Positions 11,022 through 21,206 of a stretch of DNA of 56,206 nt are shown piece after piece. The DNA lies in the IMG/VR virus record IMGVR_UViG_3300009080_001637; one strand, given 5' to 3'. The position numbers and the translations under genes are program-made. The DNA is from an uncultured virus (IMG/VR IMGVR_UViG_3300009080_001637). Lineage: Duplodnaviria > Heunggongvirae > Uroviricota > Caudoviricetes. Each line of letters opens with the position of its first letter. Positions within the stretch are counted from its first letter, which is position 1. Under the pieces are notes generated by a model. It worked only from the letters and a program-made list of their open reading frames with translations. It did not search any database and was not told the origin of the DNA.

Positions 11022-12176
11022 ATGACCTTCTTGAACAAGAAAGAACAAGTTTTCGACATACAATTAACTCAATATGGAAAATCCATGCTGGCTAGGGGGC
11101 TTTTTAAGCCGCAGTTTTACTCTTTCCACGATGATGATGTTATTTACGACTCATCGTACACAGGCGCGGAGGAAACCGCAAACGAGGCTATATCTAGAAT
11201 AAAAACATCACTGAGAACAGGTGCTCAATATAACTTTAGAGGTCTAGACACTGAAACTGTGGATGGAACTAGGACAATTGAGACTAGACTTTTGGATGAT
11301 TTAGATCCGGGCGAACGATCTTATGGACTCCTATTCCAACCCCAAATCTCGATTAGAGATAACTTTTATCCCGTATCATCCCCAATTGGAGTTTCTTATT
11401 CTTTAACCAATAAAGCTCCAAATTGGAAAATCAGGCTTCATGACGGAAAGATCAATAAAGGTGTTACATATGATTTATTGCCATCTGGAAAAATCCCCCA
11501 GATAGAAATAGAGGCCAATTGGACCTCCTCCTACGCGTTCAAAACAAGAGGCGGCACTGCAGAGTTGACCCCTTCGGAATTAGTGTTAGAGGGGACTGAA
11601 ATATTTTATAAAGATGCGACATCCTTTATAAAAATTGACAGAAAGCACATAATCTTGGAAATAGAAGAGAAAGACTCAAAAATTGTAAATTCTCAAAATT
11701 ATGAAATAGAGGTGTTTAAAATCCTAGAAGACTCTATCGAGGACGGAGAACTCGTAACTACCCCTCCAAAACTAAAGAAACTGAATTTTTATTTTAACTA
11801 CTCTTTTAGCGAAGACAGGGAGCAACTTCTTAGCGACGATGAGCAAGAAGATTCTAGTGAAGACTTCAGTCCATTCTTCGCAGAAGAAGAGTTGCAGGGG
11901 CATGAATTCGGGGGATCAGACAGAACTGAGAATACAATGTTAGGCGAGCTAAACGAGTTTGTTGATGAAACTATTAGTAATGATCATGTAGAATATTATT
12001 TTGACCTATCTTTTGACAATTTGATAGACCGTCAGATTATCTGTAAGAAATTAATGAAAACAAATAAAGTATTGGATATTTATTCTGATGACATCATAGA
12101 GTGTAACGAGATAATGGACGCCAGTATTAGGCCCAATATCTACAGACCAGAAGAATATGAAGATCCCTGTGATTGA
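11022..12176 (+). CDS. Baseplate-associated structural protein (N-terminus similar to that of 19138..20088)
   Basis: 384 aa with SD AGGTGA. N-terminus DIQLTQYGKSMLARG..F...YSFHDDDVIY; acidic C-terminal half. Confidence 0.5.
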   Translation: MTFLNKKEQVFDIQLTQYGKSMLARGLFKPQFYSFHDDDVIYDSSYTGAEETANEAISRIKTSLRTGAQYNFRGLDTETVDGTRTIETRLLDDLDPGERSYGLLFQPQISIRDNFYPVSSPIGVSYSLTNKAPNWKIRLHDGKINKGVTYDLLPSGKIPQIEIEANWTSSYAFKTRGGTAELTPSELVLEGTEIFYKDATSFIKIDRKHIILEIEEKDSKIVNSQNYEIEVFKILEDSIEDGELVTTPPKLKKLNFYFNYSFSEDREQLLSDDEQEDSSEDFSPFFAEEELQGHEFGGSDRTENTMLGELNEFVDETISNDHVEYYFDLSFDNLIDRQIICKKLMKTNKVLDIYSDDIIECNEIMDASIRPNIYRPEEYEDPCD

Positions 12177-12191
12177 TGTGGAGTTTATTAT

Positions 12192-15100
12192 ATGAGTTTA
12201 GAAATGAATGTCGAAGTCCCCTTCGCCAGTATTAAAAAGATTACACTTGGTGCCGCGAGCTATTATAGTAGCGGAGCAAGGTCTTCCACTGCTGGGACAG
12301 GAAAGACCTCAACTCCGGCACTTTCCGTTAAGCTAGATTTATCTGTGGCGGAAGGACTATACCCGTGGATAGTCGAGCGCCCGCCAGAAGAAAAGGTAGA
12401 CATTGGTATTTTCAAAAGCATCTCTGGTTCAAATAGGAGGTTAAAAGATTATATAAGAATCGCAGTCATCCAAAGTACGGACTCCGACATGTCGTATCGA
12501 CTAAAACACCATTCAGACGTATTTAGATTTCTTGCCTTAGGAAGTAGTTATTTTTATAGACAGCTAGCTTTGATCGGCGTGAAACAACAAAATCGTATAG
12601 TTGACCGTGGTTACCTAACCTCCAATTTGGAACTACTGCAGGTTTTTAGAGAAGACACAACTTCCATGATCAATATGGAATATAAGAGATTACATCAGTC
12701 AAATTCTCTACCCACTATTAAAATATATAACCTTTTTCACATCCCAGATACTCATTCCGGAGTATTAAATTATAAAACTGATATGAATCTAGATAACGCT
12801 AGCGACGGCGGAGTCGATTTGTATGAGTTCCCTGTTTCAACAGGTGCGGCGTTTTCACCAGTTTTTGCAAAATCAGCGGATATGGGAAACTACAAACCAG
12901 TATCCTACAATAAATGCAATCACCTGACCTACTATGCGGTATGTTATATGGATATTGTAAAACTAGCAGAAGATGAGGGTCTAAACGGATCGATCAACAT
13001 CGGCGATGTACCTCTTGATGCACAGGCCCTAAGAGAGCTAAGTAGTTCAACTGGACTAGTAGAGTCCAAGACGCTGTTTAACAACGGAAATCTTTTGAAT
13101 GAAAGTATTATTCTTAAGACACAAAGTGGAATAATCTATAATGGTCCAGCTCACAATCACGATAGCGGGGTATGGATGACAGGGGCAGAGCATACAGAGA
13201 AGTCTGTAAACCTTAGTCATGAAATAGTACCAGATCACAGAATAGAAGATCTAAGAGCAACAGAAGCATTGCGAGGGATTTCTTCTTTATCATTTAAGAG
13301 AAGAGATTTAGACAAAATTAAAAACTCATTAATGAAGAGGTACGTAAAGAAGAACCGAAACCTTCTAAAGGAAATACCAGAGTCTTCATATTTTTCTAAT
13401 ATTTTATTATCTACTGATCACTTTGGGAACAGTTTGTTTTCTTTCTCAGTAAACACTGGTGGTTCGACAGAGGGTCTTTTTTCTGATAGGTGTCTGTTCC
13501 CGAATTTAATAAGGCAGATCCCCGGAGATATAAATAATTTATTTAAAATTAAAAAGATCGATCTCCTCCGCAGGAGAGTCAAAGAACAATCAAAAAATTT
13601 AAACCTCTATTTTCAAGATGATGACGAATATCAGCGGGGCAATTTTAGAAATAACAACTCTAGAATGTTCAAGAATCAATTGACGCCATGGGATAAAAAC
13701 AATTCTGATGAAACTGTTATATGTAGGACGGATGGCGATACTGATGTCGCATCAATGAAATCAGGCGCTGTAGACTCACTGAATCTAAACAAGATCAGAA
13801 GAGTATTAGATAATGTTCCTGACGTCACTTTTTTCACGGGTGTTGACACTGATATAAAATACAAGGGTGTAGGCAATTATCAATACGGAGTCGAAATTGA
13901 AGTCGAAGACGGAACGGTGAGATTTCTTACTAATGTATTGACAGATTTGATATCGTCAAAATCTTTGCTTGATTCCTATTATAGACTCTTAACCTCCCCT
14001 AGACCTTGCTGTTCAGCTAGTACAAAAATTTCTGACTTAAAAGGGTTGGCACACGTAGAATATTACAACGCGAACTCTGGTAGTATGGTCTCGGCTATAG
14101 TGAACATTGAGTCTTACTATAAGCTATTAACCGGGAACAGTTTAGAAAGCCTTCTCTCGGTATCATCAAGTGCGTCCGGTATACTATTTGGGATGTTGAA
14201 GCCGGAGACGGGCAGTATTGAGGGGGTCAATGTAATTATAGATTTTTTGAATCAGTTGATTACGATTGTCTCTTCTTCCTTAGACATATCTTCCACAGCC
14301 TTGGCGTCTTATGAAAAAAATCTAAATCAAAATGAAAATTCGGGCACTAGGTTACATAAAAATCAGAGCACCAAAACATTTAAAATTAAACACTATTTTA
14401 CAAATGATGTTTCTAGTGCCTTAGAATTTTTACAACCGGGTGTTGAGTACGTTATGACAAACGAGAGGCAGCAATACAACAGTGATTATATTATAGAGAA
14501 GAATAGACAGGAGCATTCTGGTCGTTTTGAAACAAATAAGACGGCGGGTCTAAATATTATAAGCACCGACGATTATGGAAAACGCGCCACTGATGAAGTA
14601 AAGAGAGACTTCGATAGGTCTGAAAATAAACTAACAATGGCAGAAGTGTCTGGTAAAACAATCGCAAAAAACGTCAGTGTTGACGAGACAAAATACACAT
14701 ATTTATCTCCCAAGGTGATAACGACAGTAGGGGGGTCTGGTGACGAGTCCTTCGTTTTCGATTTCAGCAAAACAATAGAAACGAAAGACTTGATGAAGAG
14801 TGCGGTTAATATTCTGAACTCTAAGTTTTCTAGGGGAATCAAGAACACTCCTAAGAAGGCAGAGGTTGTGGTTAAAAATAGAGATGATGAACTTCAATCC
14901 AAATTAGAGCTTGTAGAGATGATTGATGGTCTTAACAACTTCCTGAACAACCACTCAAATTGTAGTATCTCAAGGGCTTCCAACACTAATAATTATAAAA
15001 GAGCGCCTTGGAGGTCTAATGCTTCAGCGGCTTCTGCGGAAACGGCAAACTTATTGTTCTCTAAGATAGTAAGTAAAAACTCAGATATGGAAATAGCAAA

Positions 15101-16076
15101 CCCTAAACTCTCAGACCAAGAGGAAGAAGGAAAGGCAACTTTCGCTACGAATACGACAACATCTATCGGTCCATCGGACCTTAAAACAGGTAACCACTCT
15201 TTCAACATTTTCGGTAATATAGCACTTAAAGAATTTAAATCTCAGAAAGCAAAAAAAGACGTTCCTGTCGGTATAAAGAATTACGACCTCAAACACAATA
15301 ATAATATTTTATCCAAGACAAAAGAACAGATGTTAAAAGATAATCCCTTGACAGGAGAAGCGGCGTTTGATAAAATAGTAAAAAAAATGCCTAATCAAAT
15401 AAAATCTTTGTTTTTTCATTCTCAATCGTCTAGTAAAAACAACTTTGAAGCCAGTGGGAACTCAAGCGGGAGATATATTAAAAAGCAATCAACCTCTAAA
15501 ATATCAGAATCATTTTTTAAACCAGAGTCTAAAGACCCTATGTTGAATTCTGATACTTTTTTTGATTTTTATAATAAATATTTAAACTTAGTGTGTATAA
15601 AAGTTTTAACCGGTTATAAGGTTATTGGTGGAAAATACTGTATGAATAGCCCAATTTGGAGCGATATGGATCAGAAGTTATTCTTGAGGATTGGTAGCTC
15701 TAATAGCGAATTTATTTGCAAGGTTGAACCCTATGAAAATGATTTACTCGGGACCGGTCAAATAAAAAAAATGAATTTGCCTATTTATAATAGATATTTT
15801 ATTGTTAAATCTTCTGGGAACGCGACGGTTGGTAAGAAGTCTAGTGTGGCTTCAATGTCTTTCATAAAAAATAAATCATTGGAAAAAGTTATATCATATG
15901 ATAGAAAAACAAACAGTATGCAAGCTAGAGCAGTTAACCGAGACCCAGTTAATTTTCCTAGGCGTTCGGGGATCACAGAAAGAAGAGCCAACCCTGTCAA
16001 TTCAACTCGGACAGCCAGTGCTATGGTCACAAGTACACCCAGAACAAGAAACCCATCCCGCAGACGCGGATATTAG
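12192..16076 (+). CDS. Large putative virion protein, function unknown
   Basis: 1294-aa ORF with GGAG SD, inside the baseplate cluster. Confidence 0.6.
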   Translation: MSLEMNVEVPFASIKKITLGAASYYSSGARSSTAGTGKTSTPALSVKLDLSVAEGLYPWIVERPPEEKVDIGIFKSISGSNRRLKDYIRIAVIQSTDSDMSYRLKHHSDVFRFLALGSSYFYRQLALIGVKQQNRIVDRGYLTSNLELLQVFREDTTSMINMEYKRLHQSNSLPTIKIYNLFHIPDTHSGVLNYKTDMNLDNASDGGVDLYEFPVSTGAAFSPVFAKSADMGNYKPVSYNKCNHLTYYAVCYMDIVKLAEDEGLNGSINIGDVPLDAQALRELSSSTGLVESKTLFNNGNLLNESIILKTQSGIIYNGPAHNHDSGVWMTGAEHTEKSVNLSHEIVPDHRIEDLRATEALRGISSLSFKRRDLDKIKNSLMKRYVKKNRNLLKEIPESSYFSNILLSTDHFGNSLFSFSVNTGGSTEGLFSDRCLFPNLIRQIPGDINNLFKIKKIDLLRRRVKEQSKNLNLYFQDDDEYQRGNFRNNNSRMFKNQLTPWDKNNSDETVICRTDGDTDVASMKSGAVDSLNLNKIRRVLDNVPDVTFFTGVDTDIKYKGVGNYQYGVEIEVEDGTVRFLTNVLTDLISSKSLLDSYYRLLTSPRPCCSASTKISDLKGLAHVEYYNANSGSMVSAIVNIESYYKLLTGNSLESLLSVSSSASGILFGMLKPETGSIEGVNVIIDFLNQLITIVSSSLDISSTALASYEKNLNQNENSGTRLHKNQSTKTFKIKHYFTNDVSSALEFLQPGVEYVMTNERQQYNSDYIIEKNRQEHSGRFETNKTAGLNIISTDDYGKRATDEVKRDFDRSENKLTMAEVSGKTIAKNVSVDETKYTYLSPKVITTVGGSGDESFVFDFSKTIETKDLMKSAVNILNSKFSRGIKNTPKKAEVVVKNRDDELQSKLELVEMIDGLNNFLNNHSNCSISRASNTNNYKRAPWRSNASAASAETANLLFSKIVSKNSDMEIANPKLSDQEEEGKATFATNTTTSIGPSDLKTGNHSFNIFGNIALKEFKSQKAKKDVPVGIKNYDLKHNNNILSKTKEQMLKDNPLTGEAAFDKIVKKMPNQIKSLFFHSQSSSKNNFEASGNSSGRYIKKQSTSKISESFFKPESKDPMLNSDTFFDFYNKYLNLVCIKVLTGYKVIGGKYCMNSPIWSDMDQKLFLRIGSSNSEFICKVEPYENDLLGTGQIKKMNLPIYNRYFIVKSSGNATVGKKSSVASMSFIKNKSLEKVISYDRKTNSMQARAVNRDPVNFPRRSGITERRANPVNSTRTASAMVTSTPRTRNPSRRRGY

Positions 16077-16088
16077 TCGGTATAAAAG

Positions 16089-19055
16089 ATGACAATTAAC
16101 GAACAAAATGCTAATTTAGAATGTCCCCCCTCCTCTTTTGTTGAGCCCGCCGAGCCTGCTCCCGCGCCTCTTCGTGACCCAACAGAAGACACTACAATTG
16201 ATATTGACAGGTCATCAACCATAATTTCTCAAAAGGCCACTTTTGTACAAGGAAATTTGTTTGGAAACCCCTTGCCGAGCCTCTGGGATGGGTTCCCCAC
16301 TCAAGCAGTTAATGTAGGGTTTATGGGTTGGACTAAATTTTTTCAAGCGACTGCTCGCGAAGATGAACAGACTTTGGCGTATGCGGCAAATAACCCCGAA
16401 CCCGACAATGCATCCGTCGAGGATAAGTTAAGATTTAGAGGTAGAAGATCTTGGGTGTATCATAATAACAAGCTGATTCTTTTAAAGGACTATGCTAATT
16501 TATATGAAATACCTCCCCCATTTAACGTAGGAATACTTGAGGACCAGCAAGTCACCACAGAAGATTTACAGAACACTAACTTAGACACTCAAAACCCTAG
16601 AAGATTTTCAAATAACGCAATCAGAACCCGATTGAGATTTTACCCAACTTTTCTTCTGACTTCACATAGAAAAATGGGAACATATATTCTTGGCGATGAA
16701 TCTACCGGCTTTGAGCCGACAATAAAACAAAATAAATATTTTTACGACCACACTTTTGATCTTGACCTTCCGTTTTCGACAGAGATCACTGCCCAATTCC
16801 CAAATTTATTAAAGGCTTTCAAATATCACTCGAAATCAAAGTATAATAAATTTGTAGAGTCGTATGAACAAAATATTCCAAATCTCTTGATAGATGAAAG
16901 AATAATGCCCAACCTCTATAGTATATTTACTTATGACCTGTATCTTAAGAATTCAGATACACCCGCGTCGAGGTTCTCCGAGCCATTTATAGACCTCAAG
17001 AAAGATGCAACCGATTTAGTTCTGTTAGAGGGTGCTTTAAGCGATGTTTTTAATACAGATGGCGAGGGGACATCAGGAACTGGCCTTAAAATAAAAGGAA
17101 ACCTGTTTAATTCTTTTGTGAGTTCATACCTTTCGATTTCACAGGAGACTATTGACAGAACGATAAAAAAACAATCTAATGTGGTTTTGCTTCATGGGCT
17201 GGATGGTCAAAATGGGGGCGTTATCTCTAGAGGGGCGACAAGAGATTTAAGCTTCCAATACGGCAAAAGTTTTTTCCCGATGTATGCTCAAATATCATTT
17301 AAAAATATTGCAAGTGTATTGGATACTGAACGGGATAACTTTGCGCATATTTTAAACCGAACCACCTATTCTATTCCTCTAGTAAAAGAAATCATTCAGG
17401 ACATAAGGGTTGAACAAGACCCAGAGAGAAGCAGGGGAGCCGTGAATTTTCCAGCGGTGTATGGAATGGAATCTTCCAGTGTCCCACTCACGCATCAAGA
17501 TATAAATTTTAGACAAGATACTCAAAAAATAGTGCAAGCCTCTCAAGACGTGGACAACCCGAAGTCGGACCTTGGCTCAACTCAATCGCTTCAAGATGTA
17601 AGGATGTGGAACCTTGGGAATTGGATTGAGCTGTTTGAGACGCACGGTAAACAGGTTTACGACAAGGTTGATGATTCTATAATTTCTTTCTTAGGGTTTC
17701 AGAAAGATAACTATGAAATATTCTCAGATAACGACCTCAACCGTGACATCAAACCAGAGACGGTAAATAAATTTATCCTGTCCAGAAAACTAAGAGAGAT
17801 GGTCGATCAACACCAGAGATCTTGGCGAGAAGTCTGGGATGGGAAGAAGGCATACTCTGAGACAATATTCTTTAGAGTAGAGAAAAAGGACACACAGGGT
17901 AGCAAAATACAGGATTATTACTTTATTGCCTCTTCTAATATAGATATATTTGAATGGATAGATACTCAAATTATTTTCGGAAAACAATACACATATAGTG
18001 TTTATGCTTATCAAGCAATTGTTGGAACAAAATATCGGTATGACCACGGTGATATGCATACGCTCGATTTTCGAGATCATCACGGAAATTTTGATTTTTT
18101 TGTACATCATCAGCCAACTCTGATGCTGGCGGAGGTTTTATATTTCGAGTCAAATATAACGGTCTATGATGACCCACCGATTGAACCAACGGTAAGAATA
18201 TTTACCCACAGAAATAGAGCCGATAAAATATCTTTCTTATTAGAGGACGGAGCTGGTCAAGCTACCAAGAATCCGATAGTCATATATGATAGTGATAACA
18301 TTATATTTGACAGGGTTCGCAGGCACCAAAATAAAGAGACAGGAGAACCTCTTCTATTTAGTGCGGATGACAGGATAGTGTCTTATGATATATTTCGGTT
18401 AGACCATAAGCCGACCAGCTATAAAGACTTTAAAGCTGGGTATCGCGGTCAGGTGTTCACCGTTATTGAGAATAAAAACTATGAACACATATGTTCTACC
18501 AAAGCATCTTCTGCGACCTTCGTAGACCTCTCGATCAGGCCGAACATAAAATACTATTACACGTTCAGGTCTTCAGACCTTCATGGTAATTTTTCAAACC
18601 CAACTTCTATTTTTGAAATAGAATTGATAGAGACAAACGGTATTATGACACCGGTCGTAGAAGTGTATCGTTTCCCTTTTGAGAAGATAAATCAGCATGA
18701 AAACTTTAGAAGATATCTTTTTATATCTCCTTCTGGTGAGCAAAGTCTAATCGACAATGACACCTCAGAGAAGATAGAAGGACTTCAAGCTAGAGTTAAT
18801 TCTGAAAATTTCACATCAGAAAGTATTTTTGAGGCTATAACCAGTGTGGAACCAGAGCTGGGCGAGGTTGAGGAAAAAGTTTGGAAACAGAAATTCAAAA
18901 TAAGAATAACATCTAAATCGACTGGTAGGAAAGTGGATTTTAATATTAAATTTGACCACAAAAAGGTTCAAAAAGTAGAGAACGCTCCGTGCGGTGATAG
19001 TTCTTCCGAAGATTCTCTATTTAGAGGGATCAATACGGATAATAATCGCGAGTAG
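16089..19055 (+). CDS. Putative virion protein with fibronectin type III-like C-terminal repeats
   Basis: 988 aa. FN3-like strands WIDTQIIFGKQYTYSVYAY and FVDLSIRPNIKYYYTFRSSDLHGNFSNP. Confidence 0.55.
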   Translation: MTINEQNANLECPPSSFVEPAEPAPAPLRDPTEDTTIDIDRSSTIISQKATFVQGNLFGNPLPSLWDGFPTQAVNVGFMGWTKFFQATAREDEQTLAYAANNPEPDNASVEDKLRFRGRRSWVYHNNKLILLKDYANLYEIPPPFNVGILEDQQVTTEDLQNTNLDTQNPRRFSNNAIRTRLRFYPTFLLTSHRKMGTYILGDESTGFEPTIKQNKYFYDHTFDLDLPFSTEITAQFPNLLKAFKYHSKSKYNKFVESYEQNIPNLLIDERIMPNLYSIFTYDLYLKNSDTPASRFSEPFIDLKKDATDLVLLEGALSDVFNTDGEGTSGTGLKIKGNLFNSFVSSYLSISQETIDRTIKKQSNVVLLHGLDGQNGGVISRGATRDLSFQYGKSFFPMYAQISFKNIASVLDTERDNFAHILNRTTYSIPLVKEIIQDIRVEQDPERSRGAVNFPAVYGMESSSVPLTHQDINFRQDTQKIVQASQDVDNPKSDLGSTQSLQDVRMWNLGNWIELFETHGKQVYDKVDDSIISFLGFQKDNYEIFSDNDLNRDIKPETVNKFILSRKLREMVDQHQRSWREVWDGKKAYSETIFFRVEKKDTQGSKIQDYYFIASSNIDIFEWIDTQIIFGKQYTYSVYAYQAIVGTKYRYDHGDMHTLDFRDHHGNFDFFVHHQPTLMLAEVLYFESNITVYDDPPIEPTVRIFTHRNRADKISFLLEDGAGQATKNPIVIYDSDNIIFDRVRRHQNKETGEPLLFSADDRIVSYDIFRLDHKPTSYKDFKAGYRGQVFTVIENKNYEHICSTKASSATFVDLSIRPNIKYYYTFRSSDLHGNFSNPTSIFEIELIETNGIMTPVVEVYRFPFEKINQHENFRRYLFISPSGEQSLIDNDTSEKIEGLQARVNSENFTSESIFEAITSVEPELGEVEEKVWKQKFKIRITSKSTGRKVDFNIKFDHKKVQKVENAPCGDSSSEDSLFRGINTDNNRE

Positions 19056-19096
19056 AGTGATACTTAATATTATTCGGAGCATTTAAGTAAAATAAA

Positions 19097-19106
19097 ACTA
19101 ATTACT
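19097..19106 (+). promoter_or_regulatory. Putative late promoter motif ACTAATTACT
   Basis: Variant of the recurrent ACTA(T/G/A)TTA(T/C) motif, in an intergenic gap 41 nt before ATG 19138. Confidence 0.55.
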
Positions 19107-19137
19107 AAGATCACTATTAATCTTTAAGGAGAAAAAA

Positions 19138-20088
19138 ATGGCTTTTCTTGACAACGCTGGTGACATTATACTGGACGCCGTTTTGACCGATACAGGCAGA
19201 ATGAGACTTTCCAAGGGCGACGGATCATTCAGGATAAAATATTTCGCTCTAGCGGACGATGAAATCGACTACACGACGTACAACAGTAGTCACCCCAATG
19301 GGTCTGCATATTATGACCTTGATATCATGCAGACTCCAATCTTGGAAGCTTTTACTGATAACAGGGCTTCTCTTAAGCACAAGCTGATGACAATCAACAA
19401 TCGAGAGCTGCTTTATTTACCTGTGTTGAGATTGAACACAGAGTTGGATGATAGTGTCAAAAGGCTTTCAAATAGTTTTGGTTCTGGTGAGAACTTTTTT
19501 GGCATAGCAGTTAATGAAACCACTAGAAAATTAAATGAAAGCGACTCCTCAAGACCCGGAAATCGCACTCAGGGTGTAATGGACGGTGTTTATCCTCCGG
19601 ACTCACAAACGTATATAAGGATTGACCAAGGGTTTGTGGATACAGCTCAAAACACAGGCGAAATACCAAGTAGCCTCAAGGATACAGCATATTTAATCTC
19701 GATTGATGATAGGTTAGGTAGTATTGTTTCTTACCATGGCAATGATATGGGGACCATGGTCTCTCCTGAACCTTCTTACGTTGACGATGATAGCATTGCG
19801 ACTTATTTCCTTAGCGATAGACATACTGGGGATTTTGTCAGGAACATTACCGAGACTACAAACTCAGGCAACACGCCTATAAACGGGCGAAAAGGTACGA
19901 TGCTGAGAATAAAAATAAAATCCCACCCAGATCTGGCGGATAGTAATATTCTTTTTGATAGGCTTGGAAGTATAGTAACGATGGATGGGTCCAACACTTA
20001 CCGAGCTATAGATTCTGTAGTGAGGATAGTGGGTTCCGTAACCGGTCACAGAATTGATATACCAATTAGATTCTTTAAGACGACTTAA
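19138..20088 (+). CDS. Baseplate/tail-associated structural protein
   Basis: 316 aa with strong SD AAGGAGA. N-terminus DAVLTDTGRMRLSKGDGSFRIKYFALADDEIDY. Confidence 0.6.
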   Translation: MAFLDNAGDIILDAVLTDTGRMRLSKGDGSFRIKYFALADDEIDYTTYNSSHPNGSAYYDLDIMQTPILEAFTDNRASLKHKLMTINNRELLYLPVLRLNTELDDSVKRLSNSFGSGENFFGIAVNETTRKLNESDSSRPGNRTQGVMDGVYPPDSQTYIRIDQGFVDTAQNTGEIPSSLKDTAYLISIDDRLGSIVSYHGNDMGTMVSPEPSYVDDDSIATYFLSDRHTGDFVRNITETTNSGNTPINGRKGTMLRIKIKSHPDLADSNILFDRLGSIVTMDGSNTYRAIDSVVRIVGSVTGHRIDIPIRFFKTT

Positions 20089-20103
20089 TAAACGAGGATA
20101 AAA

Positions 20104-21201
20104 ATGACAACTTTTAAATTACTGACCACAAACGATGTTATAGACTCTAGAACACTGCTTCATGAATCTATTCCGATCACAGGGAGTATTCTCTCTGGTA
20201 CGTATACAGACGGCAACATTAAAAATTTTGCACATGGGATGTTCCAGAGTGTATATGACTATCCATATCTGTCTTCATCGGCAAACCATATCTTTGATAT
20301 CACCTTGGGGTACTCTACTGGGTCTTCTTTAGCTGGAGCGTCAAACGAACAGAATTCTAAAAAGATTAATCTTTATAATCAAATGGCGCAGGTCTTGGTG
20401 GGTCACGATATAACGGGTAGCATTGGGCGGTTTGATATGGCAGGCGCGTCACCCGGTACAGGAAACGAAACCGACAAACTTAAAGAAGTATTTTTCTTTA
20501 ATTTTTCTAGGCTACTAACAAAGGATGAAATTAAAAAAGGCACATTTGAACTAGAGCTAGCCACGTCTTCTTCTTACAGTGACGACGGGACAATCTTCGA
20601 CAAGCGAATTAAACTGACGGACCATAGCGGATCCGATGGTTATTTTTCAAATTCTCCTGCGGGTGAGTACGGGGTTCTATACGCCACTGCTTCCGCAGGG
20701 CTAGATATTTTGAGTGAAGACAAAAGATTCCCAGTCGGGCTTCTTTATTATCAAGCAGGAATTGCCGTTGTTAGTGGTTCTGTATTCTCTGATGCGGCAG
20801 ACGGGGGAATCATCAACAATATGTCGGGGACTACCGAAATGATCGCAACTGCAGGGGAGACAGGGTATAACTTTGTCACCGCATCCACTATTGAAACTTT
20901 TGCAGATTCTCTTCGAACTAGGGTATATAATATCCAATACAGCAATACCACGGAGTTGAACTCTGCTATTTATTTCTGTCGAGCGAATCACAATGATTTT
21001 AATTACAGTAGCAACCCAACATATTTAGAAGGGTCTAAGATAAGATTGAAAGATGTGTCAACTGACCCTCCAAAATCCTATATTACGTCTGTTGGTCTGT
21101 ACTCGGAAGACAATGAATTGCTGGCGGTCGCAAAACTATCAGAGCCTATTAAAAAAACCCCAGAAAACGAGTTAACCCTGAGGGTTCGACTTGATTATTA
21201 A
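20104..21201 (+). CDS. Baseplate/tail-collar-like structural protein
   Basis: 365 aa. C-terminus YITSVGLYSEDNELLAVAKLSEPIKK resembles the tail-collar fibre (DUF3751-type) motif. Confidence 0.55.
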   Translation: MTTFKLLTTNDVIDSRTLLHESIPITGSILSGTYTDGNIKNFAHGMFQSVYDYPYLSSSANHIFDITLGYSTGSSLAGASNEQNSKKINLYNQMAQVLVGHDITGSIGRFDMAGASPGTGNETDKLKEVFFFNFSRLLTKDEIKKGTFELELATSSSYSDDGTIFDKRIKLTDHSGSDGYFSNSPAGEYGVLYATASAGLDILSEDKRFPVGLLYYQAGIAVVSGSVFSDAADGGIINNMSGTTEMIATAGETGYNFVTASTIETFADSLRTRVYNIQYSNTTELNSAIYFCRANHNDFNYSSNPTYLEGSKIRLKDVSTDPPKSYITSVGLYSEDNELLAVAKLSEPIKKTPENELTLRVRLDY

Positions 21202-21206
21202 AAAAT

